A stretch of DNA of 64,000 nt, from assembly GCA_017437825.1 (NCBI GenBank), contig JAFRXC010000002.1:14421-78420 (forward strand), in the 5' to 3' direction. The notes beneath the pieces are model-generated. The model did not search any database, was not told the DNA's origin, and worked only from the letters and a program-made list of their open reading frames with translations. This DNA is from Bacteroidales bacterium. Its GTDB lineage: Bacteria; Bacteroidota; Bacteroidia; Bacteroidales; UBA932. A program made the position numbers and the translations under genes. This document shows positions 14,752 through 24,982 of this stretch, one piece after another (the first letter of the stretch is position 1; the number at the start of each line of letters is the position of its first letter).

Positions 14752-17124
14752 ATGAAAAAATTGTTGATTGTTTCAATGATGCTCCTTGCTGCAATGACAG
14801 CCGGAGCCAAAGGAAAAAGTGACTGGAAGGGAAGAGTTGTGGACCAGAGGGGAGAGCCGGTAGAGTATGCGAATGTCGTAGTGTTGTCCAAGGCAGATTC
14901 GTCAGTAGTTTGCGGCACGGTTACCGCTGAGGACGGCTCGTTCAACATAGCGACCAGCGAGACTGACGGCATTATGATGGTGGCGATGATAGGCTACGGT
15001 ACGCAGTACCTCGCGCCTGTAGACGGCGCAGTCATCACCCTCATCGAAGATGCGGAGATGCTGGAAGGCGCCGTGGCTACGGCCGTGATGCCCAAGACAA
15101 AGCTTACGGGGGAGGGACTGCAGACCAGCGTCCGCGGCTCCGTGCTGGAGAACGTGGGCACGGCCAACGACGTGCTGGCCAAGACGCCAGGCATTATCAA
15201 GGGTCAGAACGGTCTTGAGGTCATAGGCAAGGGTTCGCCCCTCGTATATATAAACGGCAGGAAAATAACGGACTCAAGCGAACTGGAGCGTCTTCAGAGC
15301 AACGAAATCCAGAGCGTGGAGGTGATCACAAACCCTGGCGCCCAGTACGACGCAACGGTGCGAAGCGTTGTCCGCATCCGCACTGTCAGGCGTCAGGGGG
15401 ACGGCTTCGGATTCAGCCTCAACGCATCTGACTCGCAGTCCCTCCAGTGGGCAAAGGGGAACGATCCAGCAGGGGCGGTCAATGCAAATTACCGTACCGG
15501 AGGCGTGGACCTGTTCGGAGGCTTGAACTATAATGGAAACGCCTTTCGCCAGATTTCTGACTTAAGAAAGATTACTTATGGAAAGGACTATATTCTGGAA
15601 GACAAAGGAGATCTGGTTGCAGAGCAATTCCTCCCCATCCTTTCCGGCAACGCCGGCGTGAACTGGCAGATTGCAGACAATCACTTCTTAGGAAGCAAGA
15701 TCGAGTGGAGCCGTCATTTGAATGACCAGACAAATACTCTTATTCACGATAACGTGACAGTCAATGGAGCGCCCTTCGACAATATTACCACAGAGTCTGA
15801 GGTGTCAATGGGAGACAAGGCCCCTCATAATCTCGGGGCAAATGTTTACTACAATGGAGTGATAGGTGAGAAACTGGGCGTAGACGTCAATCTGGATTAC
15901 TTCGGCACAGACAGGACTGTCAGGACACTGGCCAATGAGACCAGCACGATGAGGCCGGACGCCCGAATCAGCAGTGAGGTTGACAACGCCTCCCGGATGT
16001 ACGCTGCCAAGGCTGTGCTGTCCTATCCTGTTTGGGCAGGTCAGCTTCAGATAGGAACAGAGGAGACTTTCTCCCGCCGCTCGGACGTGTACAGCATTAC
16101 CGGTGTGGACATTCCCGCATCGTCCGCTAAGATTGTAGAGGATACCTACGCAGGCTTCGCATCATATGGCTTCATGGCCGGTGCACTGGGAATGTTCAAC
16201 GCTGGCATCCGTTACGAATATGTGCATTATTCCTACGAGGATGCACTGTCTCCTGAGGCCAGCCTGAAGCGAGACTATCCCAAATGGTTCCCGTCACTTT
16301 CCTGGGCTGGAGTCGCCGGTCCCGTGCAGCTGATGTTCAGCTACAGCGCCAAGACCCGCAGGCCGGATTATTCAGCACTCTCCAGCGCCATACAGTACAA
16401 CAGCCGGTATATCTGGCAGAGTGGAAACGCCAAGCTGCAGCCTGAGACTTCTCATAATCTGAATCTGACCGCCGTCTGGAATTTCATATCCTTTGTAGTG
16501 GACTACGCACGTATGGACAACACCATCATCACCTGGTCCGCACCCTATAACGAAGAAGGTGTAGTGCTTGTCCAGCCGCGCAACATAGACACCCCTTACA
16601 GGGCTATGAGCGCGATGGTCAACCTCGCCCCCACAATTGGTATCTGGAATATTAACTACACCTTCGGCTTGATGCCCCAGTGGCTGAGCATCAATGCTCC
16701 TGACAACCGCGAACCCTCCGGCATCCGTGTCACCAAGTTCAACGGACGCCCCATCTGGATTGCCCAGTTGTTCAATACATTCAGGCTTGGAGGCGGCTGG
16801 CAGCTGGAACTCGGCGGAACGCTGCAGACAAAGGGTTACACCCAGAACATGTCCCTGGAGAACAACTATTTTGACCTTTCCGCCGCTGTACAGAAATCTT
16901 TGCTCAAGGACGGCTCACTAGTGCTGCGCCTCGAGGGCTCCGACCTGGCAAATCTTGCACATATCAACGTATCCTCCGACTTCGGAAGCCATATCATACA
17001 CCAGACAAACAATGTGGATCAGCAGAAAGTCAAGTTGTCTGTACGCTATAACTTCAACACCACCCAGAGCAAGTACCGCGGAACCGGAGCAGGATCTGAT
17101 ACCAAGAGCAGAATGAACGATTAA
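14752..17124 (+). CDS. TonB-dependent receptor-like outer-membrane beta-barrel protein
   Basis: N-terminal carboxypeptidase-regulatory-like domain (GRVVD..GEPVEYANV), plug VEVITNPGAQYDA, RP..GNxxLxPE, SKYRGTGAG tail. Confidence 0.85.
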   Translation: MKKLLIVSMMLLAAMTAGAKGKSDWKGRVVDQRGEPVEYANVVVLSKADSSVVCGTVTAEDGSFNIATSETDGIMMVAMIGYGTQYLAPVDGAVITLIEDAEMLEGAVATAVMPKTKLTGEGLQTSVRGSVLENVGTANDVLAKTPGIIKGQNGLEVIGKGSPLVYINGRKITDSSELERLQSNEIQSVEVITNPGAQYDATVRSVVRIRTVRRQGDGFGFSLNASDSQSLQWAKGNDPAGAVNANYRTGGVDLFGGLNYNGNAFRQISDLRKITYGKDYILEDKGDLVAEQFLPILSGNAGVNWQIADNHFLGSKIEWSRHLNDQTNTLIHDNVTVNGAPFDNITTESEVSMGDKAPHNLGANVYYNGVIGEKLGVDVNLDYFGTDRTVRTLANETSTMRPDARISSEVDNASRMYAAKAVLSYPVWAGQLQIGTEETFSRRSDVYSITGVDIPASSAKIVEDTYAGFASYGFMAGALGMFNAGIRYEYVHYSYEDALSPEASLKRDYPKWFPSLSWAGVAGPVQLMFSYSAKTRRPDYSALSSAIQYNSRYIWQSGNAKLQPETSHNLNLTAVWNFISFVVDYARMDNTIITWSAPYNEEGVVLVQPRNIDTPYRAMSAMVNLAPTIGIWNINYTFGLMPQWLSINAPDNREPSGIRVTKFNGRPIWIAQLFNTFRLGGGWQLELGGTLQTKGYTQNMSLENNYFDLSAAVQKSLLKDGSLVLRLEGSDLANLAHINVSSDFGSHIIHQTNNVDQQKVKLSVRYNFNTTQSKYRGTGAGSDTKSRMND

Positions 17125-17211
17125 GCTTGTTTTCGAGAAGAAATAGGTTTTGATTATTAACTAAATAAGCCTTGACTTTATTAGTCAATAATAAAACCAT
17201 TTCTGATTGAT

Positions 17212-20200
17212 ATGCGAAACTTTCTCTTTGCTTGTGTCCTGAGCCTTGCAGTGCTGTTGCCTGCGGCTGCTCAGGACAAACCGTTCCTTGAGGACCTCCC
17301 TTATTATATGGAGAATACTGCTGTGTTCGAGGTCGGGCAGGAGCCCGGAAGGGCTTACCACATCCCCGCGCAGAGCATCTCCCTGAACGGAAAATGGCGT
17401 TTCCAGTACTATGAGTCTCCTTATGACGTGCCCAAGGATTTCTTCAAGCCGTCTTTCAACACCCGCAAGTGGACGTTCATCCAGGTGCCGTCCAACTGGG
17501 AGATGCAGGGCTTCGGGCAGGCTCTCTTCCGCAATGTCAGCGCTCCATTCGTAGTGACGATGCCGGAGTCGCTGCTGGCTCAGTACCGCCGCGTCCTGGA
17601 AGACCCCAACGCCAGCGAGCAGCAGAAGAGAATGGCCACCTACCGCCTCGGAGGCGGCGGAGCGCCTAATCCTTTCGCCGTGCAGCTGCCTAACGTCCCT
17701 ATGGACTTCAACCCCACCGGAGCGTACCGCACCACTTTCAACATACCTTCTTCCTGGAAGGGGGAGCAGGTGTTCCTCCGCTTCGAGAAGGTGGCATCCG
17801 CATCGTTCGTATGGGTTAACGGCAAACAGGTAGGATACAACGAGGGCGCTCAGGAGCCTTCAGAATACAATATTACCGAATTCATCAAGCCCGGAAACAA
17901 CACCCTGGCAGTGATGGTTACCAAGTATTCCGACGGATACTACCTGGAGGGCCAGGACTACTGGCGCCTGGCGGGTATTTTCGACGACGTGACGGTTTAC
18001 GCCACGCCACAGACTCGCATCTACGACTGGCAACTCATCACAGATTTCGGCCCTGATTACAGGGATTCGGACCTCTCCCTTTCGATAGATGTAAAGGGAT
18101 ATGAAGTCAATAAGGATGGATACAAGGTCCGTGCGACTGTGTCCAAGGACGGACGCGAAGTGGCCTCTATGGCCAGCAGTTCCTTCTCCCTTACGCCTCA
18201 GAGCCTCAAGACGCTCAAGCTGGGCCAGAAGGTCAGCGCTCCCCAGAAATGGTCTTCCGAGACACCTGTTCTCTATGATCTTAAGATGGAACTGGTTGAC
18301 GTATCGGGTAAAGTTATAGACGCTGTTTCAAAGAAGATGGGCTTCAAGAAGACCGAAATCAGGGAAGGCGTGTTCTACCTCAACGGCCAGCCTCTCAAGG
18401 TGAGCGCCGTGAACTCCCATATGCAGCATCCCGATATGGGACATACTATGACCGAGGATGTAATCCGCAAGGATTTCGAGATACTCAAGCAGTTCAATTT
18501 CAACGGGGTGCGTACGTCGCACTATCCTCCTGTAAACAAGTATCTGGATCTGGCTGACGAGTACGGCATCTTCATAATTGACGAGACTGGAGACGAGGCC
18601 CACGCTACTGAATATGTCAGCGATATGCCGGAGTTTACCGAGATGTATCGCGAGAGGGTACGCAGGATGGTCCTGCGCGACAGAAACCACGCTTGCGTGC
18701 TGTTCTGGAGCGCCGGTAACGAGAGCGGCGAGGGCAATAACATTACAGAGGTGGTGAAGACAGGCAAGTCCCTGGATCCCACCAGGTTCTGGATGTATGG
18801 AGGCAACGCCGCCAAGCACCCCGCAGAAGACATAGTAGGCCCCCGTTATCCTTCCCCTCTTGAGTTGGAAATGGGCTATGGCCTCGACAGACAGGATCTC
18901 AGGCCTTCGTTTATGGACGAGTACATATCTGTGGCAGGTAACGGCGGAGGCGGTGTGAAAGATTACTGGGACGTAATATATTCGCATCCAAAGACTATGG
19001 GCGGAGCCCTCTGGGACTTCGTCAGCGTAGGTCTCAACCAGCCTGTGAGAGCCTTGAAGGACAAGTCCGGCAATGGCGTGCCCGCCCATATAATGGGCAA
19101 CGCCCGCCTTGTGAAAGGCCCTACTGGCAACGCCATCGACCTTAACAAGCAGGACCAGTGGATACAGGTATACAGGGCTGACGCAGTGGAGATATCCGGC
19201 AATCAGCTCACGCTTACCCTTGACATCCTGCCAAGGCATTACAATGCCAGCGGAGGATACCTCATCACAAAGGGAGATAACCAGTTCGGCCTCAAGCAGC
19301 AAGGCGCTGACAAACTGGACTTCTATCTGGACAACGGCAGCAGGCAGGTGCTTACTGCCGACCTGCCATCCAACTGGGAAGGCAAGTGGCACAATGTCAC
19401 TGCCACTTACGACGGAGAGACTATGCGCATCTTCATTGACGGTGCCGAGGCAGCCTCTAAGCCGATGACGGGCAGAATACGCAATCTCCCTCTCTCGCTT
19501 TGCATAGGACGCAGCGAGGAGGCGCAGGGCCAGGATACCAATGTCTATATCTGCGATGCCCAGATTGACAACGTGGGCGTGTTCGCAGGCGCCTTCGGGC
19601 CTTCCGCATTGGATCCTTCAAAGGCGGCCCTATGGCTGGACTTCGAGGAGGAGACAGACGAAGGAACGTTCTGGACCTATGGAATAGGCGCCAGGACATA
19701 CGGCTGCATCTGGCCGGACCGCACTCCTCAGCCGGAGATGTGGGAACTTAAGAAATGCACGCAGCCTCTGTCTTTCACTCTTGTGAATCCGGAAGATGGA
19801 ACGGTTGAAGTATGGAACAGGAACCATTTCCTGAATGCTTCTTATTACAAGACTACGTGGATGTTGACGGCAGATAATGACGTAGTTGCATCTGGCGTGA
19901 TGAACCTGGACGTGGCTCCGCTGAGCCGCAAGGTTGTCCGCATCCCCCTGACTCATCCCAACGCCGTTCCAGGCAAGGAATATCGCCTGATGATCAGTTC
20001 CGTTCTGGCAAATGACGAGATCTGGGCCCCCGCGGGACACGAAGTGTCATGGGATCAGTTCGAACTCGAGGCCTGGAACGTCCCGGCAGCGCCTAAGCCT
20101 GCTTCAGGCGGACGCGTAAGGCTGTCAAAGGACTCCAAGTTCATCGTCGCCGCAGGCGAAGGGTTCGAGTATCGTTTCGATGCGAGTGATGGCGCCCTGG

Positions 20201-21081
20201 TTTCTGCCAAGGTCGGCGGCCGCGAGCTGCTCACGGAGCCTCTCCGCCTCAACGTATGGCGCGCTCCGCTCGCCAATGAGCTTGACGGCTGGAACGGCAA
20301 CAGCGCAGGCGCCGCCGCATCATCCGGCTACGGCTCCATCGGCCACCGTCAGGTGCTGGCCTCCCACTACTATTCGGCAGGGCTGGACAAGCTCAACGTC
20401 ATTCCCGTATCGGTGCAGGCCAGTGAAGCCGGAAACAGCATTCTGGTGGAAGTGCGTGACCTCTCGATGCTGGGAAGGGGTAGTATGAGGGAAGCACAGC
20501 TGGATGCATATATCAGCGGACGCTCCTACAACGGCTTTGACGAGACCTACAGCTGGCGCGTGTCCGGCGACGGTACCCTGACTCTGGACCACAAGGTCCA
20601 TCCTCAGGGACAGATGCCGGCCTGGCTGCCGCGCATAGGCCTCACGCTGAGCCTGGACAAGTCTCTCAGGGAAGTGGAGTGGTACGGCCGCGGCCCTCAG
20701 GCTTCATATCCCGACCGTAAGACCGGCTATAAGATGGGCATCTGGAAATCTGACATGGACGAGATGTACGAGCCCTATCTGATTCCGCAGGACTACGGCC
20801 TGAGGACTGACAACCGCTGGGTTCGCCTGACTGACGCTTCAGGCGTAGGCCTCGAGTTCTCTATGGACAGTCCTTTCGCCTTCAACGCCTACGACTGCAC
20901 AACTGACAATCTGACCAGGGCAGTATACCAGTACCAGCTCGTAAGAGGCGGAGACATCACGCTCAACCTGGATTACGCCACCTCAGGCGTCGGGGACACC
21001 TCACGTGGCATCTTAGCTGCATACAGGGTTTATCCCTCCGCTTATGAGCGCACCCTGACTATACGCCCAGTACGTCCATAG
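17212..21081 (+). CDS. GH2 glycoside hydrolase (beta-galactosidase-like) with inserted LamG-like domain
   Basis: YLEGQDYWR, VRTSHYP, WSAGNE, FMDEY, WYGRGPQASYPDRK; WHNVTATYDG..IFIDG LamG signature. Confidence 0.9.
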   Translation: MRNFLFACVLSLAVLLPAAAQDKPFLEDLPYYMENTAVFEVGQEPGRAYHIPAQSISLNGKWRFQYYESPYDVPKDFFKPSFNTRKWTFIQVPSNWEMQGFGQALFRNVSAPFVVTMPESLLAQYRRVLEDPNASEQQKRMATYRLGGGGAPNPFAVQLPNVPMDFNPTGAYRTTFNIPSSWKGEQVFLRFEKVASASFVWVNGKQVGYNEGAQEPSEYNITEFIKPGNNTLAVMVTKYSDGYYLEGQDYWRLAGIFDDVTVYATPQTRIYDWQLITDFGPDYRDSDLSLSIDVKGYEVNKDGYKVRATVSKDGREVASMASSSFSLTPQSLKTLKLGQKVSAPQKWSSETPVLYDLKMELVDVSGKVIDAVSKKMGFKKTEIREGVFYLNGQPLKVSAVNSHMQHPDMGHTMTEDVIRKDFEILKQFNFNGVRTSHYPPVNKYLDLADEYGIFIIDETGDEAHATEYVSDMPEFTEMYRERVRRMVLRDRNHACVLFWSAGNESGEGNNITEVVKTGKSLDPTRFWMYGGNAAKHPAEDIVGPRYPSPLELEMGYGLDRQDLRPSFMDEYISVAGNGGGGVKDYWDVIYSHPKTMGGALWDFVSVGLNQPVRALKDKSGNGVPAHIMGNARLVKGPTGNAIDLNKQDQWIQVYRADAVEISGNQLTLTLDILPRHYNASGGYLITKGDNQFGLKQQGADKLDFYLDNGSRQVLTADLPSNWEGKWHNVTATYDGETMRIFIDGAEAASKPMTGRIRNLPLSLCIGRSEEAQGQDTNVYICDAQIDNVGVFAGAFGPSALDPSKAALWLDFEEETDEGTFWTYGIGARTYGCIWPDRTPQPEMWELKKCTQPLSFTLVNPEDGTVEVWNRNHFLNASYYKTTWMLTADNDVVASGVMNLDVAPLSRKVVRIPLTHPNAVPGKEYRLMISSVLANDEIWAPAGHEVSWDQFELEAWNVPAAPKPASGGRVRLSKDSKFIVAAGEGFEYRFDASDGALVSAKVGGRELLTEPLRLNVWRAPLANELDGWNGNSAGAAASSGYGSIGHRQVLASHYYSAGLDKLNVIPVSVQASEAGNSILVEVRDLSMLGRGSMREAQLDAYISGRSYNGFDETYSWRVSGDGTLTLDHKVHPQGQMPAWLPRIGLTLSLDKSLREVEWYGRGPQASYPDRKTGYKMGIWKSDMDEMYEPYLIPQDYGLRTDNRWVRLTDASGVGLEFSMDSPFAFNAYDCTTDNLTRAVYQYQLVRGGDITLNLDYATSGVGDTSRGILAAYRVYPSAYERTLTIRPVRP

Positions 21082-21145
21082 TGGTGCGTAGTCAAGAAAA
21101 AGTTGTATATTTGAATACATACAAGAATAGTAATATAATCTGATC

Positions 21146-22519
21146 ATGGACGACAAGATGACTCGCAGAGAGGCTTTAAAGGGCCTCTTCTTCGCCGGCA
21201 TGGGAATCGCCGCCGGTGGTATGCTGCTCAAATCGCAGGCCGCTCCCGCCAAGGCCGGGACGCTTCCTGCTCCCTGGAAAGAGGCTCCTGAGGGATCCAA
21301 GATTGATACCAGGACCTGGAGCAAGCTGGGGGAGACCCTGGGAATGCTCGGTCTGGGATGTATGCGCCTGCCGGCACTTACAGGAGGCGGAGGCGGCTAC
21401 GGCCGCAACCAGCCCCTTGACCTGGAGGCCGTCAACGCTATGGTGGATTACGCCATAGCTCACGGTATCAACTATTTCGATACCGCCCCCGCCTATGGCC
21501 AGTCCGAAGTGGTGACGGGCAAGGCTCTGAGCCGCCACCCGCGCTCTGCGTACAAGATTGCCACCAAGATGTCCAATCAGAATGGAAGGCCCACGCTGGA
21601 GGCAGGAAAACAGATGTTCGAGACCTCCCTGAAGAACCTCCAGGTAGATTACGTGGACTTCCTTCTGCTCCACAACGTGCAGAATATGTCCGGATTCAAC
21701 ACCCGCTTCCGCAACAACGGGCTCTTCGACTGGATCCTGGAGCAGAAATCCAAGGGCAGGATCAAGCACCTTGGATTCTCTTTCCACGGCTCCAATGACG
21801 ACCTTCCCGGCCTCGTAGACCTTTACGACTGGGATTTCGTGCAGATACAGTTGAACTATGCAGATTGGAAGGACATGTCGTCAGGATGGGGAGGCAATTC
21901 CGGTACGACAAGTTCAGAATTCTTATATAACTATCTCGTAGGCAAGGGCATCCCTATTACTGTGATGGAGCCCATCAAGGGCGGAGCATTGGCTAATGTC
22001 AGCGACGGCGTAGCCAGCGTGCTGCGCGAGCGCCATCCCGACCTGACCCCTGCCGCAAACGCACTAACATTTGTGGGCTCTCTCCCCGGTGTCATGGTTA
22101 CGCTCAGCGGTATGTCCAATATGGAACAGCTCAAAGAGAACGTATCCCTTTTCACTGATTTCAAGCCCTTCGATGACAGCGACATGGCTTTTATGCACAA
22201 TGTGGCCGACCTCTACAAGTCCAGGGGACAGATTCCCTGTACGGCCTGCGCATACTGCATGCCTTGCCCCGCAGGTGTCAACATCCCTGGCAACTTCAAG
22301 ATATTCAACAGCGCCAGCGATGCACTCCTGTCGTCCGATACCAACCGCAAGGACCTTGACGACAAGAGGAAGGCCTTCCTCAAGCTTTATAATGCTCAGG
22401 AGAAGGGCGTCCGCGCAGATGCCTGCGTCGGCTGCAACGCCTGCCTGCCCAAGTGCCCTCAGCACATCAGCATTCCTCAGCATATGGAGCGTATCCGCAC
22501 CCTCGCTGCCAAGATTTAA
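21146..22519 (+). CDS. Aldo/keto reductase with C-terminal 4Fe-4S domain, Tat signal
   Basis: TRREALK Tat motif; LGLGCMRLP, YFDTA, IATK, HLGFSFH; two CxxCxxCxx(x)CP motifs. TATATTTG promoter at 21106-21113. Confidence 0.9.
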   Translation: MDDKMTRREALKGLFFAGMGIAAGGMLLKSQAAPAKAGTLPAPWKEAPEGSKIDTRTWSKLGETLGMLGLGCMRLPALTGGGGGYGRNQPLDLEAVNAMVDYAIAHGINYFDTAPAYGQSEVVTGKALSRHPRSAYKIATKMSNQNGRPTLEAGKQMFETSLKNLQVDYVDFLLLHNVQNMSGFNTRFRNNGLFDWILEQKSKGRIKHLGFSFHGSNDDLPGLVDLYDWDFVQIQLNYADWKDMSSGWGGNSGTTSSEFLYNYLVGKGIPITVMEPIKGGALANVSDGVASVLRERHPDLTPAANALTFVGSLPGVMVTLSGMSNMEQLKENVSLFTDFKPFDDSDMAFMHNVADLYKSRGQIPCTACAYCMPCPAGVNIPGNFKIFNSASDALLSSDTNRKDLDDKRKAFLKLYNAQEKGVRADACVGCNACLPKCPQHISIPQHMERIRTLAAKI

Positions 22520-22546
22520 TGTTGATTATTGAAAAAGGAGAAGTAT

Positions 22547-23416
22547 ATGACAAACGTACAATTGAAAGGATTCATTGCCAAGGCCTTGGAGGATATGAAG
22601 GCAAAGGCGGAAGAAATGGGTATCCAGGGTGTGGCCACCGCCTCTGTATTGAACAAGGGCGAAACCGTGGACTGGATAGGAGAAATGAAGGTTGTAGGAA
22701 CACCGTACAAACTGGAAGAGGGATGGAATCTGGTTGCTATAGCCTGGTCCAAGTGTGGAGAAGTGATTGCCACAAAAGCTGACAGCGGTAATCCTGACCA
22801 TAAGAGAATTATGGGCGAACTTGGATTTGTAGGCGGTGCCTATGACGAGTACGAAGGTTGCAAGATGGCGTTTGCTTTCAGCGGGGCAACCTCTGAAGAG
22901 GACCTGGAGGTGGCCAAGTACGGAATTGAAAAGATGAAGGGCTATATGTCTGAAGAGAAGGGAATCATCAACAAGGACCAGTTCATACAAGTGGCTCTCG
23001 TGGTGGATGACATTCAGAAAGCCGCCAAGGCCTGGTCCAAATTACTCGGAATCAAGCAACCTGAGATATGGATGAACCATATGCGCAGCAACCCGGGTTA
23101 TCCTTATCTATACAGGGGACAAGATGTTCCTTGTGACGTTCAGATGTGCGTCATCAATATGGGCAGCTGGGCGCTGGAACTTCACCAGATAGACAATACT
23201 CCGAGCACGTTCCGCGAGTTCCAGGACAAGCACGCATTCGGTGTACACCACCTTGGCTTCGAAGTAGGGGACGACCGTGATAAGGTAATCCAGTTCCTGA
23301 AGGATATGGGCTATGATGTTGACCGCACTTTAGGAGTTTACCCCGGCAGCAGCTGGACCATAGTCGATGCTGAGGACGAGTTGGGAGTGAACCTGAATAT
23401 CAAGCCCGTACGATAG
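22547..23416 (+). CDS. Fusion of GlcG/HbpS-like domain and VOC (glyoxalase/epimerase) domain
   Basis: N-half ends in FSGATSEEDLEVAKYG (GlcG-like). C-half has QVALVVDDI, LELHQ, GVHHLGF (VOC). Confidence 0.65.
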   Translation: MTNVQLKGFIAKALEDMKAKAEEMGIQGVATASVLNKGETVDWIGEMKVVGTPYKLEEGWNLVAIAWSKCGEVIATKADSGNPDHKRIMGELGFVGGAYDEYEGCKMAFAFSGATSEEDLEVAKYGIEKMKGYMSEEKGIINKDQFIQVALVVDDIQKAAKAWSKLLGIKQPEIWMNHMRSNPGYPYLYRGQDVPCDVQMCVINMGSWALELHQIDNTPSTFREFQDKHAFGVHHLGFEVGDDRDKVIQFLKDMGYDVDRTLGVYPGSSWTIVDAEDELGVNLNIKPVR

Positions 23417-23438
23417 AATAATTATAATACTACAGGAT

Positions 23439-24332
23439 ATGAGTTCTAATAAAATATCACGCAGGTCTGCCATCAAGAGGATGGCGGCAGTAGCGGCAGG
23501 TGTCGCAGTAGCAGACAAAATCCCTGCCCTGGCTTCTGTATTGTCTCCTGAACTTCCTCAGGATGATCCTACAGTATCGACTCTCCAGATGGAAGACTTT
23601 CCTGAGGTTTACAAGGATGATGACGTAGTATTCCACCAGCTTAATCCGCATCTTTGGATAGGCAACGGCCATCTGATGTATAACGAGTCAATATACCTCG
23701 TGGAAGGCAATGACAAGGCGTTACTCATTGACACAGGTACAAGGATTGCCAACCTTGACAAGATAGTGACCAGGCTCACCAAGAAACCTGTCACCGTGGC
23801 TCTTACTCACACTCACGGAGACCATGCCGGTTCTGTGGGCTGCTTCGACAGCATTTGGATGACCCAGGCAGAAGGCATCCGCGTCCCGCGCGGCTATACC
23901 GGCAAGGTGAATTATATGAGCAATCATCAGAAGTTCGACCTTGGCGGCCGTGTCCTAGAGGTTTTCTATGCTCCGGGACACACTACGGATTCGGTGCTGT
24001 TCATTGACGAGGCCAATCACATAGGTTTCAGCGGAGATGCTTTCGGCAGCACCAACCTGCTGATGAACCTGAATGTATCTACATTCATCAAGTCTGCTGA
24101 GGAGACCCTTCAGATGATGTACGACAAGCAGATATACTATATGCTTCCAGGACACTTCGACGGCACCAATGCAGAGACCACCAAGCGTGTCTACGACCTG
24201 AGAGAAATCGCCCAGGGCGTGCTTGACGGAAAACTGGTGGGAGAGAAGACGAGTGACAGCCAGACTGCCCTCAACCGCAGGTTTACATACCAGGGTGTCC
24301 GTTTCAATTACAACGCCGGAAAGGTGCTGTAA
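23439..24332 (+). CDS. MBL-fold metallo-hydrolase, Tat signal
   Basis: SRRSAIK Tat motif; IDTG, THTHGDH, PGHT, SGD, PGH. Confidence 0.88.
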   Translation: MSSNKISRRSAIKRMAAVAAGVAVADKIPALASVLSPELPQDDPTVSTLQMEDFPEVYKDDDVVFHQLNPHLWIGNGHLMYNESIYLVEGNDKALLIDTGTRIANLDKIVTRLTKKPVTVALTHTHGDHAGSVGCFDSIWMTQAEGIRVPRGYTGKVNYMSNHQKFDLGGRVLEVFYAPGHTTDSVLFIDEANHIGFSGDAFGSTNLLMNLNVSTFIKSAEETLQMMYDKQIYYMLPGHFDGTNAETTKRVYDLREIAQGVLDGKLVGEKTSDSQTALNRRFTYQGVRFNYNAGKVL

Positions 24333-24353
24333 TCCTGTTTGAAGGATTGGATC

Positions 24354-24962
24354 CTACCACTTGTTGTAGTGGATACGCTCAGGTTTCCACTTGTCCTTAG
24401 GCTGGTCATTACCTGCTGGGAAGCCTATAGGCACTACGCATAGAGGCCGGGCGTTCGAAGGGATTCCAAGCACTTCTATGACAGCGTCGGCGCGGGCGTC
24501 ATAATCTGCCGCTGTCCATACTGCGCCAAGACCCAATGCCTCTGCTGCAAGGAGAAGGTTCTCCGTTGCGGCGGAGGCATCCAGTTTCCAGTTATTGTTA
24601 GGTCGGCCTTCGCCAAGCATCGTCTCTCCGCAGACTACTATTGCCAGAGGGGCGGTTTCAAGCATACGGTTAGGGATTGCCTTCGCGAGCCTGTCCAGCA
24701 TCTCGCGGCTGTTGACTACGACGAAGTGCCAGGGCTGGACGTTCATTCCCGAAGGGGCTGCCATCGCTGCACGGAGGAGGGTTTCAACCATCTCTTCCGG
24801 AACTGGCTGATCAGTATATGAGCGTACGCTCTTACGGGAGAAGATATTGTTCAGGACCGCCTGTGCAGCGTCATTTGAGGTTTCCGGCGCTTTCTGCCCG
24901 GAATTGCAGGCGGTGAAGAAGGCTATGGAAGCCAAGGTTAGAAGTATGAGAGTCTTTTTCAT
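24354..24962 (-). CDS. Nitroreductase family protein with lipoprotein signal
   Basis: RKSVRSY, AAPSGMNVQPWHF, ENLLLAAEALGLGAVW; lipobox FTAC. Confidence 0.9.
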   Translation of the reverse strand: MKKTLILLTLASIAFFTACNSGQKAPETSNDAAQAVLNNIFSRKSVRSYTDQPVPEEMVETLLRAAMAAPSGMNVQPWHFVVVNSREMLDRLAKAIPNRMLETAPLAIVVCGETMLGEGRPNNNWKLDASAATENLLLAAEALGLGAVWTAADYDARADAVIEVLGIPSNARPLCVVPIGFPAGNDQPKDKWKPERIHYNKW

Positions 24963-24982
24963 ATGGGGTTGAATTATCATTA

